Source: Balanoglossus misakiensis
Taxonomy: Eukaryota > Animalia > Hemichordata
DNA: 64,000 bases
Assembly (NCBI GenBank): GCA_040954595.2
Contig: CM082591.2
Coordinates: 1,401,745-1,465,744 of the forward strand
Direction: 5' to 3'
The stretch's first letter is position 1, and the number at the start of each line of letters is the position of its first letter. The notes beneath the pieces are model-generated. The model made no database searches. It was given only the letters and a program-made list of their open reading frames with translations, and was not told the origin of the DNA. Shown here piece after piece: positions 42,549-54,753 of this stretch. The translations under genes were made by a program, and so were the position numbers.

Positions 42549-43407
42549 GGCTGAAGTGAATTCGGACATTTGATGACAAAAATGGAGCAAATATGACTTC
42601 AGATATCCACCCTCCAATTATCGCACAGTAGCTTGTGTGCTTAAGTACTCAGAAAATGCGTACGAACAAAATCTCAAATGCCGCTGTCGATTTTATCTCA
42701 GTGGCAATATGCAGACATTTACAGCAATGGCCGCATCGATGCAGTCACGCATATAAATGTGATCGATGCCTCAACATTCTCATAAAATTTGCATCGCGTT
42801 TTATCTGGTTTCCTGATGATGGAAAGTGATTCACAATCATAAAATTAATATACTGATAAAACTTTGAAACCAGACATAATATTTAACGGTACAAAAGGAG
42901 TTTGCACGAATACGTTGATGGAAATATTAACTACCTGTATGTACAACGGAAGTTCGGCGACCGAGCCATTTCTGACGCTAGTGTCATTACGTAATCGGTG
43001 TTGTCGTCATCATATAACCGCTGACGACATCAATTGCTAACGTCTCGAGTAAAAAAGTATCAGCTGACTTCATCAAACTATGGCACCGCAAACATAACTT
43101 TATTATCGTAATTCACATGACATAACAAATAATGAATATATGCCAGTTACACATGCGTGGTAAAATTAATAAATCTTAAATTTTCTGCATTTAGTGACTG
43201 TTGTCGCTTCTTCAGCTGGTGACTGGGAAAAAAAAGAGAAAAATATTATTATATATTTGTTAATTATGACAGAAGGCATTAATTGCAACTTGGGATTGAA
43301 ACAGTATATTCTCATTCTTTTACGAGACTTGTGCGAGACCAAAGACAGTTGAAATGATTAACAAATCTTGGCGGACAGACAGTACATTGAACGAGATGCG
43401 TTTACCT

Positions 43408-43755
43408 TTAATCGCTATCTTCTGATTCTTGGCATACTCCGCTGGGCAGGCTTTTTCTATACTCATCATTGGCTCGGAGAATCAACAAATGCGCCAATGC
43501 CCGTAGATTTCCGATTTCTTCCGGTTTAGCTGCCAATATGAGGAGATCCCTGGCGCTCTGACCAGTCAACGTTTTGACATGCTTGACAATTTCATCCGCC
43601 GACAGATCTGTGAGCGACATGTCGTCCTGGAACGAGGCTAGTTCTTCCGGTGATGGAACGTCATATCCGCTGCGCAGTCGCAGAAGAACGCCCACGATAT
43701 CCTTACCGACAAGGATACACCCAGCTTCCGGTAGCAGAACAGTTGACGATGCCAT
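43408..43755 (-). CDS. Uncharacterised small acidic protein (115 aa), single coding exon flanked by non-coding exons
   Basis: GC-richer, codon-like ORF. Acceptor ttttag| at 43773 lies 18 nt before the ATG (context AACATGG). An upstream non-coding exon ends at a gtaag donor at ~44640. A donor lies 2 nt after the TAA (43405), and a 3' exon begins after a pyrimidine-rich cccag at ~43222. Minus-strand AATAAA at 43104-43099. Confidence 0.65.
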   Translation of the reverse strand: MASSTVLLPEAGCILVGKDIVGVLLRLRSGYDVPSPEELASFQDDMSLTDLSADEIVKHVKTLTGQSARDLLILAAKPEEIGNLRALAHLLILRANDEYRKSLPSGVCQESEDSD

Positions 43756-45511
43756 GTTTATCCTTTGACACAGCTAAAATAGAGAACAACCACAAAAAGT
43801 TAAAAGAGAGCCTATCACAATTTTGTTTCAAGAGATCGCGGTGGGAAGGGGATCCATGGTCGCACCAGCGACTATGAACTGAGTTGCCTATAGTTACGCT
43901 TTGGGTTTCACGTAGTCCGTGTCAGTGTTACCTATCATCATTTTATTGAAATCAGATAAGACGTTTTATTGCGATTTGTGTACTAGACAGGACCGCAATT
44001 TAGTCAGTCTGAAGAAATCCAAGCTGGAGTGTAATTTACTGAAAATCTGATCTGTGTTCAATCTAAAACCATATTATATTCGGTGTTAATACTGGATTTA
44101 TCATTCCATTCACGTTTCTCCCAGTTAATCTGTGGAATTTGAGTCATTAAAAGGAAGAAACAAATGCAGGTGTCAACCCGATTAAGTGACTCGGTGGGTC
44201 TAATTAAAATGATGAATTCGAAATTATGATGGAGTACATAATCACCGCGTCGTCGAAGCGGATCAGATTTGGAAATTGGCCAGAAAATGAGTTCAAGGCA
44301 GCGTGAGAACGGTGGCGAATTATGTTTACAGATAATATCTAGCTAAAAACGGGTCAAGACACGAAAAATACTCGGAGGAATCTTCATTTCTCGTTGTCAT
44401 TAGAAAGGTGAAAAAGTGCACCCTAATTTTGGGAAGAAATATTGGTCACATGGCTCGGAAAACTAAAATGCATACGGGGACAAAAACGACTAAGAAATAG
44501 CACCAATATGGCGTTTTAATAGCACAGAACCCCGTTAAACATGTCAATGCTGTTAAACCTACATATTTTTTTTTCAGAACATTACAAATTAAAAACACAG
44601 TATCTACACTAAAATATATATAAATAAAGTTACTCTTACCTTCTTTCCAGTATCTGTAGCTCTGGAGGTAGGCCCTAACGACTAGGTTCGGTTGGCGACG
44701 TCTGTATGACTATGAAAGCCAATATGTGAGCGAACGATGTACTTTTAAAATTGTGAAAGTTGGACATGCGCAATGTAGTGCAGGTATCTCGCGATATAGT
44801 CGCGCCGAAGTTAATTGTGCGATGTCATAAACGTGATTGTTGTAGTGGAACAGAGCTGTCCAGCAGACTGCTGAAAATGAAAGTCTAATTTGCAGAAACG
44901 TGTAGACCGTGTTTCCCCTGTCAGTCTACATAACTTACTAGCATTCAATTATATCATCTCACGTATGGTATTATGGTATATCAATCGCTGGCAGACAGCG
45001 ACTCTAATAAAAGGCGCGCGGCACCTGGTACAATTTGACATGCGTAAGTTCGCGTGCCATTCAGGATAATGTTATGTGTCATACAACAAAACTGCCTTTA
45101 CGGAACGAAGCCGCAATACATTCATATTTTTGACGATCATATTTGCCAGACACGAAAAGGATGTAAATTTTTAAGAATCTTAACCACAGCATTTAACTTC
45201 TACGACGCGTTTATGAGAAACTTTAACACTAGACTGTCACTATCCACAGTTGATTAGAGCAGTTGAATCTGTGCATATAAGACAAGATGGCGGTAAACTC
45301 CAGCTGTATCTTTACCATTTTTTTTCTAATGAGGTAGTTGCGTGCTTTTCCGGAGAAGAAATTATTAAAACGGAGGTGTAGAAGACGGAACGTGCCTATT
45401 TGATTATACCAGTGGACCACGAGGTGAAGGACATGCATGTTTCGTATACCCGTCATTCTGAAGGGCAACGGAAGAAGCAGAGGAGTCTGGGTATTCAAAA
45501 CTAGTCATAGA

Positions 45512-45528
45512 CAGCGCCCCCTGGAGAG
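45512..45528 (-). promoter_or_regulatory. CTCF-like site (CTCTCCAGGGGGCGCTG) between divergent small-gene and RasGEF promoters
   Basis: Matches the CCAGGGGGCGC core. Confidence 0.4.
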
Positions 45529-45875
45529 GAACGTATTGTCATGACGCCAGCGTTCGATACCGTTCGTTTGTTTTATTTTTATCGGCATTCGAACGCAAGG
45601 AATGCGAGTAGAAAGCAACTCAACATCACCTTCCATTCGAAAAAAAACAAGAACAGCGTCCCAACTTCTTATTTTGCAAATTTAAGCAAGAAAATGACAA
45701 GAATTTTTGGTGCAGGCCATACAATCAAAACCTACTACACAATGAAGAGAATCTTGCACGTTTAGGTAGGTAAGTTATATTACTTGTTGGTTTACTCACG
45801 AAATTTATCTTCAAAGTGTTTCTTCTAGATTTTGGCTTTTCCTTCTGAATGGACTGTTTTTTCTTCTCTTGTAGT

Positions 45876-48800
45876 ATGGCCAGACTCCAGCGGTTGCTTT
45901 GGACCGACGAGTACAACTTCGACGATGTCGTTCTCATCGAGGGAGAATTCGTCCAGATCATGGAAAGCGGCGACACGCTGAGATACGTGCTGCTTGGACT
46001 GACGCCGAAACTTCTGTTGGTCGCTGAGGACAACATGGACCCGAACAAGGATCTGGATCCCGAAGATCTGCCGACGGATGACGATTACGATCTGGAAGAC
46101 TTGGAGCTGTCACACCTGTATCCGCTGGATGTTGTCAAGTTGTCTGTGTGGCACAAGAAAGAACATAAGATTAAAATGCGCATGATGAATGGGGTCACTC
46201 AGTTTTATGAGTTTGCAGACAATGTGGGCAGGGAGGAGAAATGGCACCACTGGGTTGCTAGGATACACGAGATTCACGTGGATTATCGCGGAGATGCCGG
46301 GAAGATAGGTCATAACCTCCATACCGATGAGGGCAGTCACCACGACATTGTACACCTCAGCGCAGACGTCTTCGAACCGAAGACGAGGAAGAGGTCACGT
46401 GCTTTAAAATGGATGACGCATTTCACGACCACGGTGTCGGAAACACATAACGACGATTTTGATGACGAGGGCACCGGGGACTTCACTCTTGGCCTACCCA
46501 CCCACACAGAACACGAGAAGAGTGTAATGTCCGTGCAGACTGCAAATGAAATCGGAGATTCTGCAGAAGCCGTCGATGATGTGTCCGAGCAATCCAGCGA
46601 TTCCGGGCGAACGGAAGGGACTGACGACGACCTGACGGACGACGCTGACGACGGCGAAGGAGAAGAATTAGACGAAACTATGAAATCGCAACGACTGCGC
46701 CGCTTGGTCCTGAGTGTGGGAGAGTTCTTCGGGGTTGCTAACGCTGATGCGCATGTCCACGGACCGTTTGTGCTTCGACGCACTGCATCCCTGACAGCTT
46801 TGAACGACATCAAGAAAGCAGAAGAAAGTCAAATCAAAACGTAAGTTCCCGCCTTTAGAAACCACGTGTACCTCTGCCAAAAACACATATTTTTTTACCC
46901 CAAAATTTTTAGTTTGACATCCCCTAAGCATCCACTAAACTTATACCTTTGTCCATTTTTGTCCAATCACAGGTACAAAGAAAATGACCCCTTCAACATA
47001 AATAGAGAAAAAGTTACCCACAACACGTCACTTCCGGATATCTTGGAAGGAGAGGCGACATTTGTCGAGGACACGCCCAAAGCCGCCAAAATCACGCACC
47101 GAGCGTCTCTCGTGTTCGCCGAACTGGAGAATGACGACCCGAACTTGACGCCGCATTACGTCAACGGTCACGTGATGCTGCTGACGGACGAAGAAGTAGA
47201 GCTAGAGCAAGAAGTTGAAAGGTCACGCCAACAGGAAGTCGATTTAAGTTTCACCACAGTCAAGAAGAAAGGGAAAGCGAAGAAATTGGCGAGAATAAAA
47301 TTACAGTAGGTTTCTGAAATTGATTTGAAATCGTGGTTCGATGTTCACATTATTAAACGGTGCATAAACATAATCAGGACAAAAATTATTTGTTGTCATC
47401 TTTAGGATACCAATGCAGCAGACGACAGACACAGAAGGTGCAAACGAGACGAGACATCAGACGAAGTCTTTTAAAAATAGAGCTACGAACTTATTCCGTA
47501 CTGTACGGTTCGGTCGCCGCAAACGTGAAGACGCATCGGGAATTCAGAAAAAGGAGCAGAAAAAGAAAGTAAAGTTAAAGAATGGGCGAGCTTCGACCAA
47601 GTACACATCAAAAGGAAAACGATCTAATTCTCGCGAGAGAAGGGTGAATTCTCGCGGGTACGGGAAGACGATGAGTGAAGAAGACTTGAGCATAAAGCAT
47701 GTGGACGATATTGATTCAGATTCCCTGGCCAGGGAAATTACTTTGATTGACAGGGACTTAATGATAAGAGTACGCGACACAGAATTGATTGATTGTGGGT
47801 GGACGAAGAAAGACAAGGTAGGGATGAATCTATAGAAGTTTATAGAATTTTCAGAAAATACGTCTACCAATGCATTAAAGATATCAATATAATATTCAGA
47901 TAATATTCAGCGTCATCCCTCTCTCATCAGCATTACAGCGCCCCCAACGTCACGGAACTCATCGAATTCTTCGAGCGCGTAGTTAACCTCGTTGCCACGG
48001 AAATCCTTTGTCATGAATCTTTGGTGGAAAGGACTCAAGTTTTGGCGAAATTTATTGACGTACGTATCTGGGCTCACAGTTTCGAACTTTGACCTTTTTG
48101 CCATTTTTTGACATTTTATATCTGTTCCAGATTTGACACAGAATAGTACGCTTCACTTTTCTCTTTGTAGGTTGCTGAGAAATGTTACAAACTACGCAAT
48201 TTCAATTCTTTGCGGTCGGTGTTGGCCGGCCTACAGATCCCCCCAATCTATCGTCTGCACGACACTTGGAATTACTTGAAGAATATGTACAAAAAACAAT
48301 ACAGGTAAGTAAATATTATATCCGTCTTATTTTGTTACACCACGGGCATCTATCTCCCGAATATTGCCCCAATATCCACTCTTGTATTAAGTTGTATATT
48401 TTATAAAGTCACTTTTACTTTGTGTTACAGGATGTTTCTTGAGCTGTCGCATTTAATGACAGATGAACGCGATTTTGCCTGCTACCACGAAGCCTTGGAC
48501 GAGGCTATGAAAATCCCGCCATGTATGCCATTCTTTGGCATATTTCTACGAACTCTCATCGCCATGGACACTGTCTGTTTTGTTACACGCAATAAGAAGA
48601 AAATGAAACTTGACATCGAGAACGAGGATGACGAGAGCCTCGATACCAGGAGTGACGTAACGCCAGAAGTTCGAGGTTTCCAAGGGTTACAAACTGAAAC
48701 GGCCGGCGCCGAAGCCAAGCCGGAAAAACCCAACATCTTTTCCATGCTAGCTACAGCAATGTCAGCGAAACATCAGCAGAGGGCACTGACTGTCGAAGTT

Positions 48801-49262
48801 AGCAATCAGTCGTCAGATTTATCTGTAATAGAAGAAAATGACGAGGAGAATACCGAGAGCGGAAAGGACGGAAAACCGAGATTGTTGTCTGCAGCTCGTC
48901 GACGGCAAATACGCAGAGCTATTCTGAATCATGCGCGGAAGATTCGCGCAGAGCGGATGCAGGCGTTAGCGGACGAGGACGCGACTTGGACGGGCCTGTT
49001 TGTGACGATGGTCAGTCTGGTGGACGAAGGACAAAAGGAGGAGCGAATGGAAAAGCGTCAAAGAGAAGAGAAAGAGAAACAGAGACACGAGAAAATCGCG
49101 AAGATGATATTTCACCACCAAATTAACGCCATCAGATACAGATTCCCAAGCAATGCAAAAATTCGATCGTTTCTCTTGAGAGCAAAATGTAACACTGGAA
49201 GAGAAAACTACATAATTTCTTGTGCGCGGGAGCCACCTCACCGTGGCGAAAATCCTGGCTGA
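45876..49262 (+). CDS. CDC25/RasGEF-domain protein (RalGPS-like catalytic domain, no REM seen, N-terminal PH-like region), 6 coding exons, ~934 aa
   Basis: Exons 45876-46840, 46973-47305, 47406-47817, 47931-48059, 48171-48304, 48431-49262 (2805 nt, phases consistent). CDC25 motifs: LAREITLID, CGWTKKDK|HYSAPNV, VATEIL, RTQVLAKFIDVAEKCYKLRNFNSLRSVLAGLQIPPIYRLHDTW, PPCMPFFGIFL, ENYIISCAREP. AATAAA at 49421. Confidence 0.88.
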
Positions 49263-49929
49263 AAATTACAAGTTGCTTTTCTTTGTTCTAGAGGTTTTAG
49301 TGGGGGGGGGGGGGGGTGGAGCAACAAGGTGGAGACTGCTATGATATATTTATTACATTTTAACTTTTGTTCGAGTGGCCAATTCAAATGAAAATCTGTA
49401 ATTGGCTAGATCTTCAACAAAATAAAAAAACGTTTAATTATAATCGGTATTACAGGATTATTCTACTGACCTTTATTGAAAATTGACGCGGAAGTGGTTG
49501 GGTTTGTTTATATCGCTGAGAGTGACTGCATGCAATTCTATCGTATCAACAGCGAAGCGAATCGGCATGATATACGCAATATTTAGGATTACCACCAGTA
49601 CGAAAAAAAACGAGTCCGGTAACTTACCAGAGCACCCAGTTTGAAGTGATCTTTGCTCTTCTATCCCCTATCCAAGACTTAGTACAACCGATCCCATATA
49701 TCTTGTTCAGTACTGCCAGCTCCATGTCAAAAATCTCAGAGAGGGATCAACGATAACGGTTGAGATATCGACACTCGACCTGCTCCGTTTTCCAGATTTA
49801 CCGACCACGCGTAGTCCCCCCGTCCCAATGGAACAGTAACTTGCGAAATTAATTCTTTCCGACTTCATTTCTCTGTCCCATTTTGTCAAACTTCACGGCA
49901 AAGCGTGGAATATGAGACTGTCGCTTCTT

Positions 49930-50150
49930 ACGCGGCCGAGCAGCAAAATTGAGGCGGCCAGTTTTCGGTGTAAACCACGTGGCCGAATACATCATGAATA
50001 ATGTACCCAAGCCATCTGCTGTTATCCAATCAAAACAAGTTACTTACTTGTTAGGCTATGGTCAGCCAATCAGAAGAGGAGAGCAACCATCGCCAACTGC
50101 ACTTCCCCAGAGCAAAACAATAGCAGGAGTGCGCACGAATTGGCCAATCA
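49930..50150 (-). promoter_or_regulatory. CpG-rich promoter-like region with three CCAAT boxes
   Basis: ccaatc at ~50026, ~50067 and ~50143; CACGTG at ~49976; followed on the - strand by an ATG-containing exon ending at a gtaagt donor (49627). Confidence 0.5.
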
Positions 50151-50473
50151 TAAAACGGTGTCCTCCACAAACGCGTCGGGGCACTGGCGTGCGATAAAGG
50201 TCAAAGGTAAACAGTAAAAACTCGAGCTTAAACCATCAAGTATTTATTTCTCTATTACTATGTGAAAGATTTCATCTAAAATCAATCTACACTAAGCGAT
50301 TCACCGAAAGAGACGGTGTAGACTTAACAAGAACCGTCTTGGTAAAAAATAGCTGCATAATTGTGAATTCTTATATGAAACCGATTATCGATTTTATAAG
50401 TCTTAACAACTGTATAAAAATACGTATAAATAAAAGTATTCTAAGTTTGAAGTGCACTTGTGTCAGCACACTC

Positions 50474-53368
50474 TTAAATATCAGTCTCTTCGTGGAAAAG
50501 GGATGTGCTTGAATAATAAAATATCTCATTGCCTAAAGTTCCTTCATTGTCACGCACTCGAAGTTTGACCTGAAAGCCTGCAGGAAGGTCGTCATCTTTG
50601 TCGAGGTCATCTGCACTTTTATATTGCCGCTTGGAAGGTCCATATTTGGAATGTTGACCCTTACCCATGATGCTCTTTTGATTTTCAGGTTTATGACTAC
50701 TTTGCGTCATGTAATTATCATTTGCAACACTTTGAGTCTGCATTGGTATATCCGACTGGCCTGACAACCCTGAAGTCCGATAATGTTTGTCTGCTTTGTT
50801 ATACCCCTTATGATATTGACTCCTCTTGAGTTCAATATGATTGTCGTATTGACCGTTGTGTTCTCCGTGTCTCTCATTGGCAGTTTTGTGGTCTTTATTG
50901 CGATATTGACTCTTCTTGACGTATTCCGCCAAGGCTTCACGAACCTGAGGATTATTACTGCCTGTCCTTTCATTCTTTTGTGAGTTTCTGTTATCACCGT
51001 CATGTCGATCTCGTCGCATCACCGGGTCTCGCCGTTTCTCGTTTGGCGTCTGATGGTTATGTTGCCGAGGCTGTTTCTTGGGAACGTGAGTGTCTCCGCG
51101 TTCAACTTTGTTTGGATGTTTTTGTGGGTGAGTGTCACCCCCGGGATGTCGCCGGTAGTCGATGTCAGGGGGGTCCGAGTCACGCCAAACTTTGCTATTC
51201 ATCTTCGTGGCGTCCACCGGAGTGCTGTGTTGAACTGTGGTGTCTGTGGTTTGCTGTCTGTGTGTCGCTCGATGATAATCCGGCCTACGATCATGACGCA
51301 CCTCGTCGAGACCATGGTGCTTCTCAGTATGGCGACCAGCATGAGCTGTCGTTGGTGGCGCCCCGCCACGAGGATGACGATGGTCCTGGTTTTGCTGGCT
51401 GACACGATTGTCAATTTTTTCAACTTTCGTATCCCAGCCCATGTTCTTTGGGTCTCTAGGTGGGATTGGCGGCGGGTTCTCATTACTTTCTATTTGGTTA
51501 TTTAAAATATCATTGTATCTGTTTTCTTGGACTTGCAACTGACGAGGATCTAAGCGCACTTCCCGACGATAATCGAAGACGGAATTTTGTTGATCTTGCG
51601 TTACCTGTGCGCTTGTTCTTTTCGCGTCCTGTTTCGGTACCCAAATGTCGTCTGCAGCATTGTGAGCCAATCCGCTGTCGTTTAGTTGGTCCCGTGACGA
51701 TTTCGGGTTGTGACGTCTCGGATCGTACCCGCCAGGCTCTATGGTGTTCCCTGGTGAGTTTTCTCGCGGATGGTGGAAGTCTTGCTGATAGCGTTGACTC
51801 TGCTCGCGACGCATTTCACGATAACTGTTTCTGTGCAAGGAGCTGTCACGTGACGGTGCTACATCTGGCGTGGAACTGCGTATGTGACCACCAGACGGTC
51901 TGTGATGCGACGGGTTGACATTTGCAGCAAGAACAAGCTCAGTTCTCGAAGTTATATCGGGTGGTTCCATCTCCAGTGGGGGTGGTGGCTCCCTGGGCGG
52001 ATCGGGAAACGTCAAGTTCGGTGTTGACGAAAACCTGGTTTGTTTTCTCACTCCCGTCGGCGAGCTGACTGTCTTCGACTTGGAGGGCGCAATGTGCGTC
52101 GTCGAATAGCTAATATGCCGTGTTGCCGGACTAACAAGGCTCCTACCTGTCCGACAAAAAAATAATAACACATTCAATATAGAAGCTCCGTGATCATAAC
52201 TGCTTCGTGATGTTAAAATTTTGAACGTAAATAAACTGCATTATGCACAATTATGCACATACATGTATACATTTACCGGTATATTTCATAAAACGGCGTA
52301 GCCTTCAAATTGCGTCACATTACGTAATGTAAAATTGTAACATCTGCAGGCTCATAACATCGTACATGTACATCTCTCCCCTCCATCTTGCTTTTTCTGT
52401 CTGTCTCTCACATCTCGTCTGCTTTCTCCCCCTCTTCTCTCAAACACGTGACACTCGATCTCCCCCTCTCCTCTCTCTACACTCTCTCCCCCACCCCTCC
52501 CCTTCTCCAAGCAAAACACAACAAGTTATACTCACTTGTCGGATGATATCGTTCTTCACTCAGCGTTTCAATTGCCAGTGGATTAAACCGCGCAGCTGGA
52601 TGATATCGACTCAAGAACGAGGATCTTGATCTGGTCCGTGTCTGCAAGAAAAGAAACGACCTTAAATATTGATTTGTGCATTGCAAGTGCACTGGCCAAT
52701 CCCCATTTCACTCTCATATCATATGATATCTCATATTCACATGTCTTGCATCAAACATGATTAATGGAAAATGGCAGTGAGAGAGAGAGAGGGATTTTAC
52801 CATTTTTGCCCTGCGTAAGTCTTTCAAAGCCCTGCCGCTGAATATGATGGTGATGATGCAGACCAAGAACTCCAATACTGCGATGACGATGAGGCTGGCT
52901 GAGATCATGATCATCGTTGACGTTTGCTATAAGGGATAATGAGAAAGCACTTGCGTTACAATATCTGCCACTGTCAAAACTATTGGAAACATTTTGTTCG
53001 TACTGTGATGCACATTGTTGTGGGTCGACATGTACGTCAGCGAGTGCATTTCTGGGTAATCGAGTCTGTGCCATTCAAATGATAACTGTGTGATATTGCA
53101 TGTAAAACCAAATGTTACTCACCGCGGAAACGATCGTGTACGTTGCAAAGAGTATCTGCACAGCTGTCATCACTGTGGCGTAAAACGAGGTTGTCATACA
53201 AATATTTACCTGAAAGAAAATTATAAAATGTCAGCTGGGACAGGGGCTAGCTTTTAGTGAACACACAGCCATACATCATACATCACATGCACACATGCAT
53301 GCATTCCAACATACATACATACATACATACATACATACATACATACATACATACATACATACATACAT

Positions 53369-53426
<58 letters not shown>

Positions 53427-54753
53427 GACTAGAAGAGTCTGTAATTAGTCGTTGCCATACTCTAATCTTGCGTAATTCAAAGATTCGATGAAAGGCTGCT
53501 GCATATGTGAGGGTACCAACAGAAATAACACCCAGGGTACAAACACGTGTTATGTCACAATGTAGTATAGTATGTTCCTTTAGAGACGTACCTGTCTCGG
53601 AGTTTGTATATGATCATTGTCAGTATGTCAGTCAGTCGATTGGATTGATTCATTAACTCTGGTTACCATGGACACAAGCATTTGAAAACGATTCACTGGC
53701 GCAATAATAACAAGCTAATTAACTACTTACCATACTGTTATTTTTCTTCTTCTCAACCAAGCATCCAAATATGCCCGGAATAAGATACTACAAAACACGA
53801 AAGAAAATGAAATAATATTATTACACTCTCCCTAATTAGTTATTCGTTTATTGCATGTCATGAAAATTACGCAGGAGAATTGAGCAGCGCGCATTGCATT
53901 GTGGGACCAGTAAAACATAGAACCACGTAGTGTAGTCAGTCTGCGTATACTTCTGTCGCGAAGGACCACTACTAGTCCGACCAGATGTCAACTTGCAGAA
54001 GTTCGAGTCACTTATGACCGGAACCACGGTATCAAGCCAGGCGTTGCTTTTATGTTCATCATCATTGCGTTTGAGTAGGGACGAGGATATGAAGTCCCCT
54101 CAAGTACATGTACATGCATCTTCACGTGACATATGGTGCGAGAAAATTGATGTCAGCCATCTTCTAGACGGCATGGTTCCACTTGAAGGCAATACCGGAT
54201 ATTGCCCGCGATATAGGCTATCATTGATTGGCCGGCGCTTATATACACAGGGTCAAGGGCGTAGACACAGAATGAGTTTGAACTTGGTGCATCGTAGTAC
54301 TCACAATAATACCCTCACAATAGAATGTGCAAATATTTTGATGGGGTTTGTGCAAAGTCCTTATAAACACGATAGGCCATGTGTTGTTTGTCCCGCGTCA
54401 CGAAAATGTCCTCCCATATAAAATGCATGTTCACGCGACATCTCGCAGGATCACCCGGAGTTCGGGAAATGGTCTATTATCGAGGTGAAGCAGAATTGTC
54501 CGAAACGACTCTCTGCATTTAAGCAACATATGACTTTTAAAAATCCATCCCGTACAAGGGATGTCTGAAGAGCACTTGAGAATATTTTTATCATACTTAC
54601 AAATGCTCCGCACACGACGTGCAGCCACACCTCCCAGCCGTGTCCAAGCGACCACAAGCCCGCATCCTCGTCCCAGAACAAAACGCAAAGAACGCCGACG
54701 GAGATGCTGACAAGTGAGAACACAATGTGTCCAACCGCGAACTTGGCGAACAT
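50474..54753 (-). CDS. MS4A/CD20-like four-transmembrane protein with long disordered cytoplasmic C-tail, 6 coding exons, ~733 aa
   Basis: Exons 54753-54601, 53787-53731, 53209-53123, 52926-52801, 52641-52536, 52146-50474 (2202 nt, in frame). Four hydrophobic segments, with VVCGAF|YLIPGIFG and LIVIAVLEFLVCIITIIFS resembling the CD20/MS4A fold. Minus-strand AATAAA at 50248-50243. Probable 5' UTR exon donor at ~56899. Confidence 0.78.
53310..53423. repeat. Compound (ATAC)n-(AC)n microsatellite
   Basis: Visible in an intron of the MS4A-like gene. Confidence 0.97.

Noticed and set aside
50783-52109. Multiple plus-strand ORFs opposite the 567-aa exon; similar antisense ORFs over RasGEF and ANKS1 exons
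   Set aside because: Shadow ORFs of real coding exons, with no splice or homology support.
52751-53074. 107-aa ORF with poly-His suggesting a frameshift or extra extracellular loop in the MS4A-like gene
   Set aside because: Explained by a normal intron (53122-52927, strong gtgagt donor and pyrimidine-rich tag acceptor) plus an alternative frame of the TM4 exon.
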